Assembly: GCF_001194135.2 (NCBI RefSeq)
Contig: NC_068981.1
Location: 35,883,912 to 35,937,460, forward strand
Direction of reading: 5' to 3'
DNA: 53,549 nucleotides
DNA from: Octopus bimaculoides
Taxonomy: Eukaryota
Shown here: positions 25,538 through 36,530 of the stretch, piece by piece
Layout of the letters: each line of letters opens with the position of its first letter
How positions within the stretch are numbered: the first letter of the stretch is position 1
Made by a program: the position numbers and the translations under genes
The notes under the pieces: generated by a model
Database searches by the model: none
Seen by the model: only the letters and a program-made list of their open reading frames with translations
What the model was told of the DNA's origin: nothing

Positions 25538-25586
25538 GTTTTGGCCAGCTAAGCTATCATCTGATGATGGCTTAGCTGGCTGAAAC
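25538..25586 (+). other. 49-nt near-perfect palindrome containing a hammerhead-like core CTGATGA..GAAAC (Penelope-type terminal relic?)
   Basis: 24-nt arms GTTTTGGCCAGCTAAGCTATCATC / GATGATGGCTTAGCTGGCTGAAAC around one central T; the 3 mismatches are all G-U wobbles on the + strand. Confidence 0.55.
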
Positions 25587-25744
25587 TATATTATATATAT
25601 ATTTATATGTTAATGACAAACTAAAGTAAAAAATCCTTCAAAGGGGTGTGTTAAACATCTAATTCACTGGTACTTCAGTTGGACACCATATAAGTATTGG
25701 TATAATTCAATTATAAAGATAAATTGAATATAGAGATATTCTAT

Positions 25745-26358
25745 TGACAAGTTTTGTTGGTCTCCTGCTCAACTGCACCCCACACATAATAATCAAGGGG
25801 GTTGCAGTCTGGGTAGTTAGGTGGCCAGATGTTAGGGGTGATGTGGTTGCAGAAATTGTCTGTCAGCCATGACTGGGTTCTCCTGCTTGTGTGGCATGGT
25901 GCAGAGTCCTGTTACCAGACATGGAGTCTTCCAGCAGTTACCCTCATTACCCATAGCAGCACTACCTCCTCCAGGCACTTGATATAAGCCTCCATGTTGA
26001 GTCTGAGGCTGTGTGGTAAGATGAATGGAGGCATAACGTCGCCATCACTAGTGATCACTCCAAACGCCATAATATTGACTGGATGTTTGATTTTTATCAC
26101 TCTACACATGTTTTGGGGACATGACAAGCCAACAGTTGTTCTGTGTGTTCATACGGGAGTTTCCAGCATGAATGTCAAACAATACAGCATGTCGTTTCCA
26201 AATTTCTAGCAGAGTGAATTTCATCATGGTGCTGTTTTTCTCACAGATGGTGCCCAACTGACCCTACAATACTGTGTAGGCGACAAAATCAAAGCCAAGC
26301 AATGCACATGTGCGAAATTAAAAATATAAAATGGTGACAATTTACCCATCACACCCTG
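25745..26358 (-). mobile_element. Internally deleted, right-end-truncated maT (DD37D, Tc1/mariner superfamily) DNA transposon
   Basis: Terminal repeat TA|CAGGGTGTGATGGGTAAATTGTCACC at 26358; ATG at 26227 gives MMKFTLLEIWKRHAV..; catalytic region MAFGVITSDG..QDSAPCH..WPPNYPDCNPLDYYVWGAVEQET with 37 residues between the 2nd and 3rd Asp. Confidence 0.9.
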
Positions 26359-26396
26359 TATGTGACAGCTCCACAATTTACCCATTGCACCCTGTA

Positions 26397-26995
26397 TGCT
26401 GACAGCTCCATAGAGAAGAGTTGATCTCTCAAAGTAGATGGAACATGTGGAAGTGGGAGACCCAGGAAGACATGAGACAAAGTAGGGAAGAATGACCTCA
26501 GGACACTGAACCTTTGAGGCAAGATGACAAAGGACCAGACCTTTACTGTACTCAAGAAGACCTGTATTCCACAACGGAAGTGTTAAGTTAAGTGCAGTAC
26601 CCTTGGCAAAGGTGATTGACCTGGAAGAGTCCTGTGCCAGTGCCACATAAAAAGCACTTGTAGCAGTGCTATGTAAAAGTGCCCATGCAGTGTCATGTAA
26701 AAGTGCCCATGAGGTACCATGTAAAAATGCCTGGGAGATGCCTCATGAAAGCACCCATGAGGTGCCTCATTAAAATACCCATGTGGTACCATGTAAAAAT
26801 ACTTGTGTGGTGCCATGTAAAAGCACCCAGCACACTTTGTAAAGTGGTTGGTATCAGGAAGGATATCCAGCCATAGAAACCATGCCAAATTAGGCTGGAG
26901 CTTGATGCCACTCTCCAGCTTGCCAGTTCTGGTCAAACCATCCAAACCCATGCCAGCATGGAAAATGGATGTTAACCAATGATGATGATGATATG
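26397..26995 (+). mobile_element. RTE LINE 3' end: last RT codons plus 3' UTR and (GAT)n tail
   Basis: Reads LKVDGTCGSGRPRKT*DKVGKNDLRTLNL, the RTE terminal GRPRKTW motif; UTR ends CCATGCCAGCATGGAAAATGGATGTTAA..GATGATGATGAT. Confidence 0.85.
26641..26830. repeat. Minisatellite: 8 divergent ~24-bp units (consensus TGCCATGTAAAAGCACCCATGAGG)
   Basis: Units start at 26641, 26667, 26691, 26715, 26739, 26763, 26787 and 26811. Confidence 0.9.
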
Positions 26996-27422
26996 TATAT
27001 CTATCTATCTATCTATATATATATATACATGTGTTTGTTTGTGCATTTTTGTGTGTGTATTATCACATGTCTTGTAATCTCGTTTGTAAAATATGTTTAC
27101 TATTTTATGTATAGGCTCTTGTGGCCAGTAAAGAAAGGGTTATTATTATCGTTACTGTTGTTTTCATTATGTCAATGAAATTACGAATCCCCCCCCCCCC
27201 CAAAAAAAAACTAATACAATTAAATTAAAAAGCAAAATCCTGCAGTGCAATAGTTTAAATGTTTAACAGTATTTAGATTAATCCCTCTAGGTACAGACCC
27301 TTCAGCAGGCTATTCTGGCTTTCCTCCCTTTGGCATTTATAAAATAAGCAGCAGTCATTAATTAACTATACTCTATCTCTAGATCTGTTGTATTGTTCCA
27401 GTTAGCAATCATTAATAAAAAC

Positions 27423-27456
<34 letters not shown>

Positions 27457-27498
27457 CACTACTACTATTACTACCACTACTGCTGCTGCTGCTGCTGC
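27423..27498. repeat. (ACT)n(GCT)n compound microsatellite
   Basis: Directly visible. Confidence 0.95.
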
Positions 27499-28305
27499 TT
27501 TAGTGTTAGTAGTTGTAATAAAGTTATTTTAAGGCTTCATTAATTGATCTAATCTCATTTAAACTATATATGTAATTTTCTGTTTTTTTTGTTGCCTCAA
27601 AACTACAAAAAAAAAAATGAAGATGGCAAATTTTGCAGCAGATTCTTTCTAATCCTGTTCTATGTCCTCTAGCAAAGGAAGGAAGGAAGTCAGAGACTAT
27701 CTAATGAAACATGATATCATTAAAAACATTTCTGAAATAATTATGACAAACATCACAAAATTTAATGCTGCAATTAACATCACAAAATGTATATAAATAA
27801 AATTTAAAAAAACAAAAAAAGAAATACACGATCGAACTTTGATGTTTGCTTTTGATGTAGCGTGGAAGGCAATGTTGACCACCAAACTAATTCTATGTAT
27901 CATTTTTAAAGTTATTAAGTACTGTAATGGAAGACGATGTACTACTGAACAGTGGAAAGATAAAATAGTCATCATCAATAAATAAAAAAAAAAATATGTG
28001 CATCCAATATTTAAGTTTTTAGAAAGAAAGCCACTTCAACTACAATCTTTTGTTATTGCAATGAAAAAGATACAAAACAAAACATAAAATTTGCAATGTG
28101 AGCCCATCCCTTACACACATACATACACATACATATGCTATATGTATATGACATACATTAGATGTGTTGTTTACCTTCGCATAATCTTAGTTTGATATGT
28201 CTGGTATAATGCACCAGTATGCTCAAATCAAAATATTTAAAATATTTAAAATTTGTTGAAAATATTTCTCTCTCTCTCTCTCTCTCTCATGCATACATGT
28301 ATTGG

Positions 28306-28610
28306 TGAAGGTTCGTGGCCTTGTGGTTATGTTGTTGGGCTTATGATTGTAAGGTAGAAAGTTTGATTCATGAGCCAGGTAGTATGTTGTTTCATTGAGC
28401 AAGGCAATATAGTTTACATCATTCCAGTCTTGTTAGCTGAAACTGAGAAAAGTCTGGTGCAACCCTTTCATCATCTATCAGTCATATCTAAGCTGTTCCA
28501 CTGGGTCAAGAGGGTATGTATGACTGCCTGCCTCTGGGTAGGCACCTAAACAATTAGCAAAAGTATGGTCTGCTTACCAAGTCATACTCCCTTTGAGTCA
28601 CAAGATTTGT
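28306..28610 (+). mobile_element. Degraded tRNA-derived SINE (family C-type head)
   Basis: GAAGGTTCGTGGCCTTGTGGTTA..GTTTGATTC..TTGAGCAAGGCAATATAGTTTACATC parallels the heads at 7775 and 28726. Confidence 0.55.
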
Positions 28611-28639
28611 GTAGTTATATATATGTGTGTGTGTATCAT

Positions 28640-28724
28640 AATCATCATTTAATATCAATTTTCCATGCCGTCATATGTTGGATGGTTCACTAGAGGTTGG
28701 TGAGTCAGAGGACCATGCCAAACT
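28640..28724 (-). mobile_element. RTE-tail remnant interrupted by a SINE
   Basis: ATCATCATTTAATATCAATTTTCCATGCC..GTTGGATGG. Confidence 0.6.
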
Positions 28725-28725
28725 T

Positions 28726-29053
28726 GACATGACTCAGTGGTTAGAGCATTGGACTCAGAATCATGTGGTAGTGAGTTTGGTTCTCAGACTGGGCTGTGTG
28801 TTGTGTCCTTGAGGAAGACACTTTATTTCACATTGCTCCAGTTCAATCAGCTGTAGAAATGAGTTACGACATCACTGGTGCCAAGCTGTACGGGTCTTTG
28901 CCTTTGCCTTGGTTGACATTGGTGGCATGGAACGGGGAGGCTGGTATGCATGGGTGACTGCTGGTTTTCCATAAACAACCTTGCTGGGACTTGTGCCCTG
29001 GAGGGTAACTTTCTTGGTGCAATCCCAAGGTTATTTGTGACTAAAGTGGGGGC
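28726..29053 (+). mobile_element. tRNA-derived SINE (family C), near full length
   Basis: A-box TGACTCAGTGG, B-box-like GAGTTTGGTTCT, then GTGTTGTGTCCTTGAGGAAGACACTTTATTTCACATTGCTCCAG and a GC-richer body. Confidence 0.8.
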
Positions 29054-29068
29054 CAATATGTATATGCA

Positions 29069-29071
<3 letters not shown>

Positions 29072-29110
<39 letters not shown>

Positions 29111-29116
29111 TGTACA

Positions 29117-29167
<51 letters not shown>
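29072..29167. repeat. (TG)n plus (TA)n microsatellites
   Basis: Directly visible. Confidence 0.95.
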
Positions 29168-29169
<2 letters not shown>

Positions 29170-31126
29170 AGACAAGGTATAAATAATGGTCATTATGTAT
29201 TCTTTTATTGTAGTAAATTTGACTTATAGTTCTTTCTGATAGTCATTATAGGTTCGATTGTTGATTGGTTTACTTAATTGGTCCATTGATTGGTCAAGAA
29301 AAATTGAACAACGTAGTGAATTTATGCTACCCTTATGAGAGTCAAACATTTATCTATTTTTTCACTTAGAGACCATAAACAAAAGTGAAGAGCTGGCAAA
29401 CTAACTAAATAAAGATGAAATCCTTGAATCAAGTAATTTGTCTTATTAATAGAGTATCTTAGCCTAATTAAAGTGTACCTTAGTTAAGTATTCTGACCAT
29501 TAAATATACATTAATTCAGGAAATTGAAGATTAATATGAATAACTATGAAAAAAGGGGAAAAAAGTAAAGTGGACTATGAAGCAAAAAATTAGTCTCAAC
29601 ATATCTAATGTCAAAAAAGCAAAAACAGAAAATTTGAAATAAATGTGCAGTAAAGCTAATGACTAATAATTATTTTAATTATTCTGAAAAGTTTAAGAGA
29701 CAACTCTGGACATATCCCAACTCTATTAGACTTTGTCAGGGAAGAAAACTTTAGAATATTTTAGACACTATATCACATGACACAACAACCACATGAAAAA
29801 TAACAGTTAAGTTTATGTTGATAGTTATACTATAAACATTAAAAAATCTAATATGAAATAAGCCTGCCATTCTGAATTTGAAGATATGCGTTAGAATGTA
29901 AAAGATGCTATGATTCTAATTAATATGATATTGGTTGTAGTCATTTTGGCATTAAAACACTGTTCAATGTAAATATCATTGTGCATATTTCTGATTCTTA
30001 TAAGTGTTTTGATATTTTTCATTTTTACAACTAAATGTTCTGATGTATCAATGTATTTTTTTTCTTGCTGATGCCTACAAACAAGGAAATTATCCAGTTT
30101 AAGAAAAGTCTCTATGTTTATTAATTGTCAAGTAAGGGAAAACACTAAATTAAGTGTGCTTGTTCACTTTCTGCTAGGTTACTTAAAAATATATTCAGAT
30201 TTGGAATCTAGAATTGATGTACATATTTTATTTTGAGAAAGTGGATATTGTTGAATATTATCATGTTATGGTTTTGATATTAAATTTAGGTTAGCATTGT
30301 TAGTTAACTTTTAATGTGTGATAAAAGTGTAATATGACCATCAGGCAAATATCTACAACAGAAAATTGCAGCAACATATGGAAAACAATAACATTCTTAT
30401 TTGGCTGCCTTTACAAAATTTGGGATGTGGTTGCTGCTGACCATCCATTGGACTGGCATTGTATGCCTGTCTATAGCAGGGAAAATATTACAAGTTTATC
30501 AGTCAATAAAAGAAATGGGTTAGTAAAGTGACTCATAGATAAAGGACAGCACAAAAATAAAGCAGTTTTACCGTGTTTAGGATGTATAATTTCTAGAAAA
30601 GATCAATAAAGATCTTAGTTTTAAGATGTAAATGGTGATTGTTATTTATGTGAAGCACAAGTTAGGAGTAGCAATTTTCTTTGAAGGGTAGCAATTTACT
30701 GAAGCAAATTTAATGTGCAAGGTGGAAGAAATCTGAAAATCTGAAATAAGGCCATAGTAATTATGGGAGTACAATTGTAGAAGAGAAATGATCTGCTGAA
30801 AGGAAAGGTTGCAGTTAACTTTACTTAAAAGGTTCTTCAATGTTATATATCAACTTGTGTGATTTGTATTGAATTTTCTGAAGTTTCACATTTATCTGCA
30901 AACCTAACATGTATAAACTTTTTAAAGTATAGTTATTTCTTGTTTTAGAAATATCATGTTTTTCATATTTATTTCTTTGCATAACTTCAAATTTTAATGG
31001 ACAGATCTTTATATGTAAATTTAGCCTGATATTTAAAGAGAAATATATGCCTGAATTATATAGAGGTATCTTACACAAAGAGATTGAGGCAGTGTCTTTA
31101 AGTATATTTGCAACACATGTGTATAT

Positions 31127-31159
<33 letters not shown>

Positions 31160-31865
31160 TACGTACGAGATGATGTGAAGTGAATGAATGCATATAGTAT
31201 CACGAGTTAGTAACTTTATAAGTATTTTTTGTTGAAATGCATAGTTGCTTGTAATTAAGTCTTTTGTCAGCTGATGCTTCCATCAATAGTTCAATAATGT
31301 TAAAAGCTATTAATTATACATGGAACACAAGTGTGGAACATTAGTAAACTGTCAGGCAGACTGCTAGTTTTCCATTTACATATCAACTGTGGTGTTCATA
31401 CAACATAGTCTTCTTTATGTGAAATGCATTGTATGATACCTTGATATCTTCAGGCATATTATATATGGTATTCCATTATGAGGTTTCTCAATTGAAAGTA
31501 GGAGGTTCTTTACTTATGTCTGCCTGTTAACTTTCAGTTCTTAAGAGCTTTAAATGCAAAAATTGTGAGAAGTATCCATTATTCATATTAGTTCCTATGT
31601 GCTATATGTTAAAAGAGAAAGTGGTTTAACACTATTTCTACAAGTGGTATAGCATAATATTCTACATAGAGTTCAATTATTCGTTTTCTTCTTACATTTA
31701 GCTAACAAAGTTTCTTTTAGAAGAAAATAATATTTTGCAAGAAAGTTTGAAATTATTATCTCTAGTCTTCCTAAATTAATTTTGTTTATAACTCTAATTT
31801 ACTATTGAAAATGCATGGAAGAAAATATATGTGTAAAATATCTTTATTTGTATTTTTTATATTAG

Positions 31866-31905
31866 ACATAATTTACCATAATGCTACAAAAAGTTCAATA
31901 GATTG
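31866..31905 (+). CDS. Candidate 40-nt internal exon, unknown product (DIIYHNATKSSID)
   Basis: Strong acceptor tctttatttgtattttttatattag, strong TTG|gtaagc donor, single open frame (phase 1 to 2). Confidence 0.3.
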
Positions 31906-33589
31906 GTAAGCAGAGTATAAAAGTAGAAATTATGAACTTTATATACACAATATTTTCAAATTTTGTCATTTTGAAATATATTCAATTCATCATGATAAAC
32001 TGAATTTTTTGCATTTTGGGTTAACTTTGAATACTTTTATTACAATATTAGTGTAGTCTGGAATTTGATTCTTGCAATGTGCTTGTGTAATCAGGACACA
32101 ATAGTTGCTTTCATTGGGTATGTGTTTGGTGATTGACGTTGATTTATTAAGGTTTTGAAACCAGGGTCTAAACTAAACTGTTGAGACTAGTAATTTTCTG
32201 TTCCAATCTGTATTATTCAAATCATGAAATTGTGGTTTTTCTAAATAAGATTATTATATGTATCATATCAAAATATGACTATTCAATTTGAAAATAAGAT
32301 GTCTTACACTTCAAAAATTTAAGTACTTTTTTTTTCAGCTAGTTCTCATCTACACTAGTTTCTTCAGATGAGTTTATTCATTCTTTTTTAGATACTGTAA
32401 TAGCTTGGTGTTATAGGGGCTACAATATGATACATATAATTATCTTATTTAGAAAAACCAAATTTTTGAACCTATATCACAGCAAATGATACTTGTTTAT
32501 TTGATGTAGTGGAGTAGCTGCATGAAAGTCTCTCACTTAACCAAATACAAAGTTTTGAAATATGTCATGAATTGAATCAGTCATTATACTATAAATTTCC
32601 TGTGATAACATTACATTTTAGTTTACTTAATTTAAAACCTAAATCAGCTTGACATTTCACTAATTTATTTTTTATTTTTGATGTGTGTGTGTGTGCCTTT
32701 ATGTTTGTCTTCAACACAGACAATACAAAAACATTTATGGTACATATATATATATATACTTTTTTCTGTGCAAATGGTTTTTATATGGTGCCAAGTTTAC
32801 AATCCTGTAAATAATAGTAATAATAATGCTGTTTTTATATAAGCTTAAAGCTTATGGTGATCACCATGCAATGACTAAGGAAAATAATCTAATAAAGGGG
32901 CATATAAGCCCTCGACAGAAAAAAGAAGGCTTTCCTATCCACATGGGAGGAAAGCCCACACAGATAGCCTTCTTTTTTCTGCCGAGGATGTCCCTTTTAT
33001 TAGACCATCTTCCTTAGACATTGCACAGTGATTGCTTTAAGCTTATGTAAAAATACCAGTATATATATGACTAACATCACACTTGACACCAATGAATTTG
33101 AATCAAACTGTTTTGATCTATTCATACAGACACATATATATATATATATATATACATACACACATACATATATACATACACACATATAAACATATATACA
33201 TACATGCATACAAACATATATACATACATATATATATACATATATATACACACTTCTTCTTCTCACTTTCATCTCCTTTTGCATCTCCTTCCTCTTGATT
33301 CCCTCACTCTGATCTCTACTCACTCATTCCATATCCACACCTTACTTTTTTTTTTTGGGTTTCCTCCCAATATAAGCCAAAAAAACAAGGCCTGGAAGAC
33401 ACAATGAGATAGCATACCTCTGATGCAAGTCTGATGAGGTGCCTCTCTAATGTCTAAAACTGCAATCATTACATAAATTTTCACTTCGAAATGTTGCAAA
33501 TAGAGTTGGTACAGAAAAAATTGTAACGAATCATTAAAGATGTATTTAAGAATTTTCTTTGTCTTCTTCTTATCAACTGAATTATTTAC

Positions 33590-33627
<38 letters not shown>

Positions 33628-34210
33628 TTACATAAACATCTATACTTCATGTACTGACATATAAATGAGTAAATGCTCTAGCTCAACACATCTTTTTATA
33701 AATAAACACTGACTAACAGAACAAATGAATTCAAGATGAGCCAGTTGAACTAGATGAACCTAAACAAGTTGTACTACATTCTAATGAGAGAGAAATTGAT
33801 TTAACCATTAGGTCTGTCTTATAGTGAGGTTGAATGTAAGATCCATGCCAAAACGGAAAAGCAGACATAAATGTCATTTTGGTTATAAAATATTTTTAAC
33901 CACCATGTACTACATTTTTATGAAGGTAAGCTATTTCAAATACAGTTATAAGTTTTGGTATATGTTTTAAATTTAACTTGGTCATAATACTATAATTTTC
34001 CAGAGATATCATTTGTATTTAGTTTGCTAAATTTAGACAGATATCTCAATCTCTTTGACATTTCACTTATACATTTTGGTTTTAATTCAGTTTTGTTTTT
34101 CATATTTGTCTTCATCTCAGACACATTCAAAGTTTAGTGTGATAAAGTGTTTGTTTCAATATATTTGTACAAAATACAAATGTCTGTTTCAATTTTCAAT
34201 TACTTGTCAT

Positions 34211-34248
<38 letters not shown>

Positions 34249-34612
34249 GTGTGTGTGCATGCGCGCATGTGTGTGTAAACAAAATGGGCAAAGATTTCAG
34301 TAAGAAAAGTGAAATGGCATGCTTCACAAAATGTCAAAACAAGCAGAAATTTAACAAGAACAAGAACAAAAAAATATATTAAAAATATCACCAACACAAG
34401 TTTTATAACACAAATAAGGAAAAAGAAAAATTGGGATTAAAATTATTAAAAATAGTTTAAACAGTGAGTTGAAACATTTCATAGTGCTCCCTCCCCTACT
34501 ACACCAAATACTAAGAATTCTGATTGTTCAGAGTGAAGATATGTAGTTCAGATTTTACAAGATCAGATATTTATACAAAACCAATTTTGTTGTATTTTGC
34601 CATATTTTGCAG

Positions 34613-34731
34613 ATGAATTCGCTCCTACAGTTCCAACTAAACTTCTATCTAAAACATGCGCAGTAAAAATGTATGCAGAAGAAGTAGAAATGGTTTTAGA
34701 AAAAACTGAAATGTTTTCCAATGGTTTATAA
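34613..34731 (+). CDS. Candidate terminal coding exon, unknown product (DEFAPTVPTKLLSKTCAVKMYAEEVEMVLEKTEMFSNGL*)
   Basis: Long T-rich acceptor ..tgtattttgccatattttgcag, 39 sense codons in phase 1 with protein-like composition, then TAA. Confidence 0.3.
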
Positions 34732-35336
34732 AGTATCAAAGAAGAAATTTTTCTTTTTTCTCCAAAAATTTTCGTTTTCTTTCACTTTCTTTTCTTTTAG
34801 CATTTCTAATGCAACAGTAAAAGAAACAAATGTGACTCTTTTACATATTGTGTTTCCTGTTGCGTGGCCTTCTTCAGAACCTTCCAGCATTTTGTCAGGA
34901 AATTAAGGACTATCTAACATATAGCAGTCTTTGAAGAATAAATACAACAAGCAAGATGAAACTAAAACAGCAATCACAAACAAAAACAAATAAAACAAAA
35001 AACATCCTCCCCTCAAAAAACATGATCATAAAGAATAAGGGAAGAACAAAAAAAAAATGGAGGATATTGTCAAGATGAATGCAATGAATAAATATGCGTA
35101 TGTGTGTGTACATACATAAACACACACACACATATACAGCCATACACACACATATGTATATATATATAAATGTGTCTCTATGTATGTGTGAGTCCAAAAT
35201 GTGTTCATGAGTATGTACACTTATGCATGTGTGTGTCTGAATGAAATATATGAACATGTGTGTATAAATACACACACACACACATGTATATGTGTATATA
35301 AATCTTGTTGTTGCTCTGAGTATGTATGTGTGTAAA

Positions 35337-35390
35337 TCTCTCTCTCTCTATCTATCTCTTTATCTATCTATCTATCTATCTATCTATCTG

Positions 35391-35426
<36 letters not shown>

Positions 35427-35427
35427 C
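35337..35427. repeat. (CT)n(TATC)n microsatellite
   Basis: Directly visible. Confidence 0.95.
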
Positions 35428-35749
35428 TCACATATGCACTTTGGGGACACTAACAAAAGTCATTAAAAAAAACTTAGAAAGGTGAAGTAAATGTTATTAA
35501 AATACATGTGGAGTAGTATTTTTCTACTTTATAAGACACACGAGGGAGAAGAGTATGAAACATGCTCTATCTCTCTTTCTCTTTCACTCATACACACACA
35601 GAGATTCAAGCACATACACATAGAAGCACATATGCAACACAAAGTTAGTTTAATTAGTGGAATGAAATGAAAGCAACTAAACAACAATTATCAGCAATGC
35701 TGCAGTTCTGTTTCTACAAGTGACATTAACTTTGCTAAGAAATAATCAT

Positions 35750-36530
35750 GATAAGGTGAAATAAAAGTGAAAGGAGAAAAAAATGTTGGCATAAATAAAC
35801 AAAGTGAGTCGAAGTAAAAAAGAAAAGGAGGGGGGTAAAAACTTCTATTTCTGTGAAGTAAAAAGTAAAAAATAAGAAGAGAAGATATAGAAAGAAAACT
35901 GTAGATTGCAACAACTAATGTGCCTGTATCCGGTGTTTATAGTGAATTACTGGAAACTATAGCAAGAGAAGAATAAAAAAAGAAATTATAAAATAGAGGT
36001 AGGGTTGGTGTGATGCAGCTAGCTAATGCATTAGAAATTGTCAACGATTGATCTGTGTGCTGCAAAAATATCAATCAATAGATAAAGTATTATGACAGAT
36101 ATATAAGTGAATTTTCTCTTGTGGGAGTGTGGAGATGTAGGAGGAAGAAGGTTATGTGAAGTAGGGTGGTTTACAATTGAGAAAAATGTAGTAGCAGAAT
36201 AGGATGAACGGATGAACCTTGAAAAACTCAAGAGAGACAGAGGGGGTGAGTAGAGAAAACAAAAGTGGGAATAAAAGAAGGGAAAAGAGTTGGGGAGAAA
36301 GTGATAATTATTATATAAAAGATGAAGAAAGATAAGAGAGATGTGTGAGAGAAAAGGAGTACACATAGATAAGGGATAGAGAAGGATAGTGGTTGATAAT
36401 AACAGCAACAACAGAGAATATGGGAGGGAGTTAATTGCCGGAAAAGGAAGTGAAATAGATATAGAAAAGCAATGACATATCAAAGAGAGAAGGTAAAAGA
36501 TTGAGAATAATAGCAAGAAAGAATAAGAGG
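35750..36530 (+). repeat. Long purine-rich low-complexity tract
   Basis: A/G-dominated + strand; explains the hydrophobic minus-strand ORF 36031-36516. Confidence 0.75.

Noticed and set aside
26641-26830. Regularly spaced repeat as a CRISPR array
   Set aside because: Contiguous tandem units with no unique spacers, eukaryotic context, no cas genes, lies inside a LINE 3' UTR
26583-26951. 122-aa repetitive ORF with PHG(H/Y)F units
   Set aside because: Produced by the 24-bp minisatellite in a retroelement UTR
30334-30531. 65-aa ORF containing KIWDV (WD40-like)
   Set aside because: Several frames on both strands are open, the acceptor is weak, and there is no other WD40 signature
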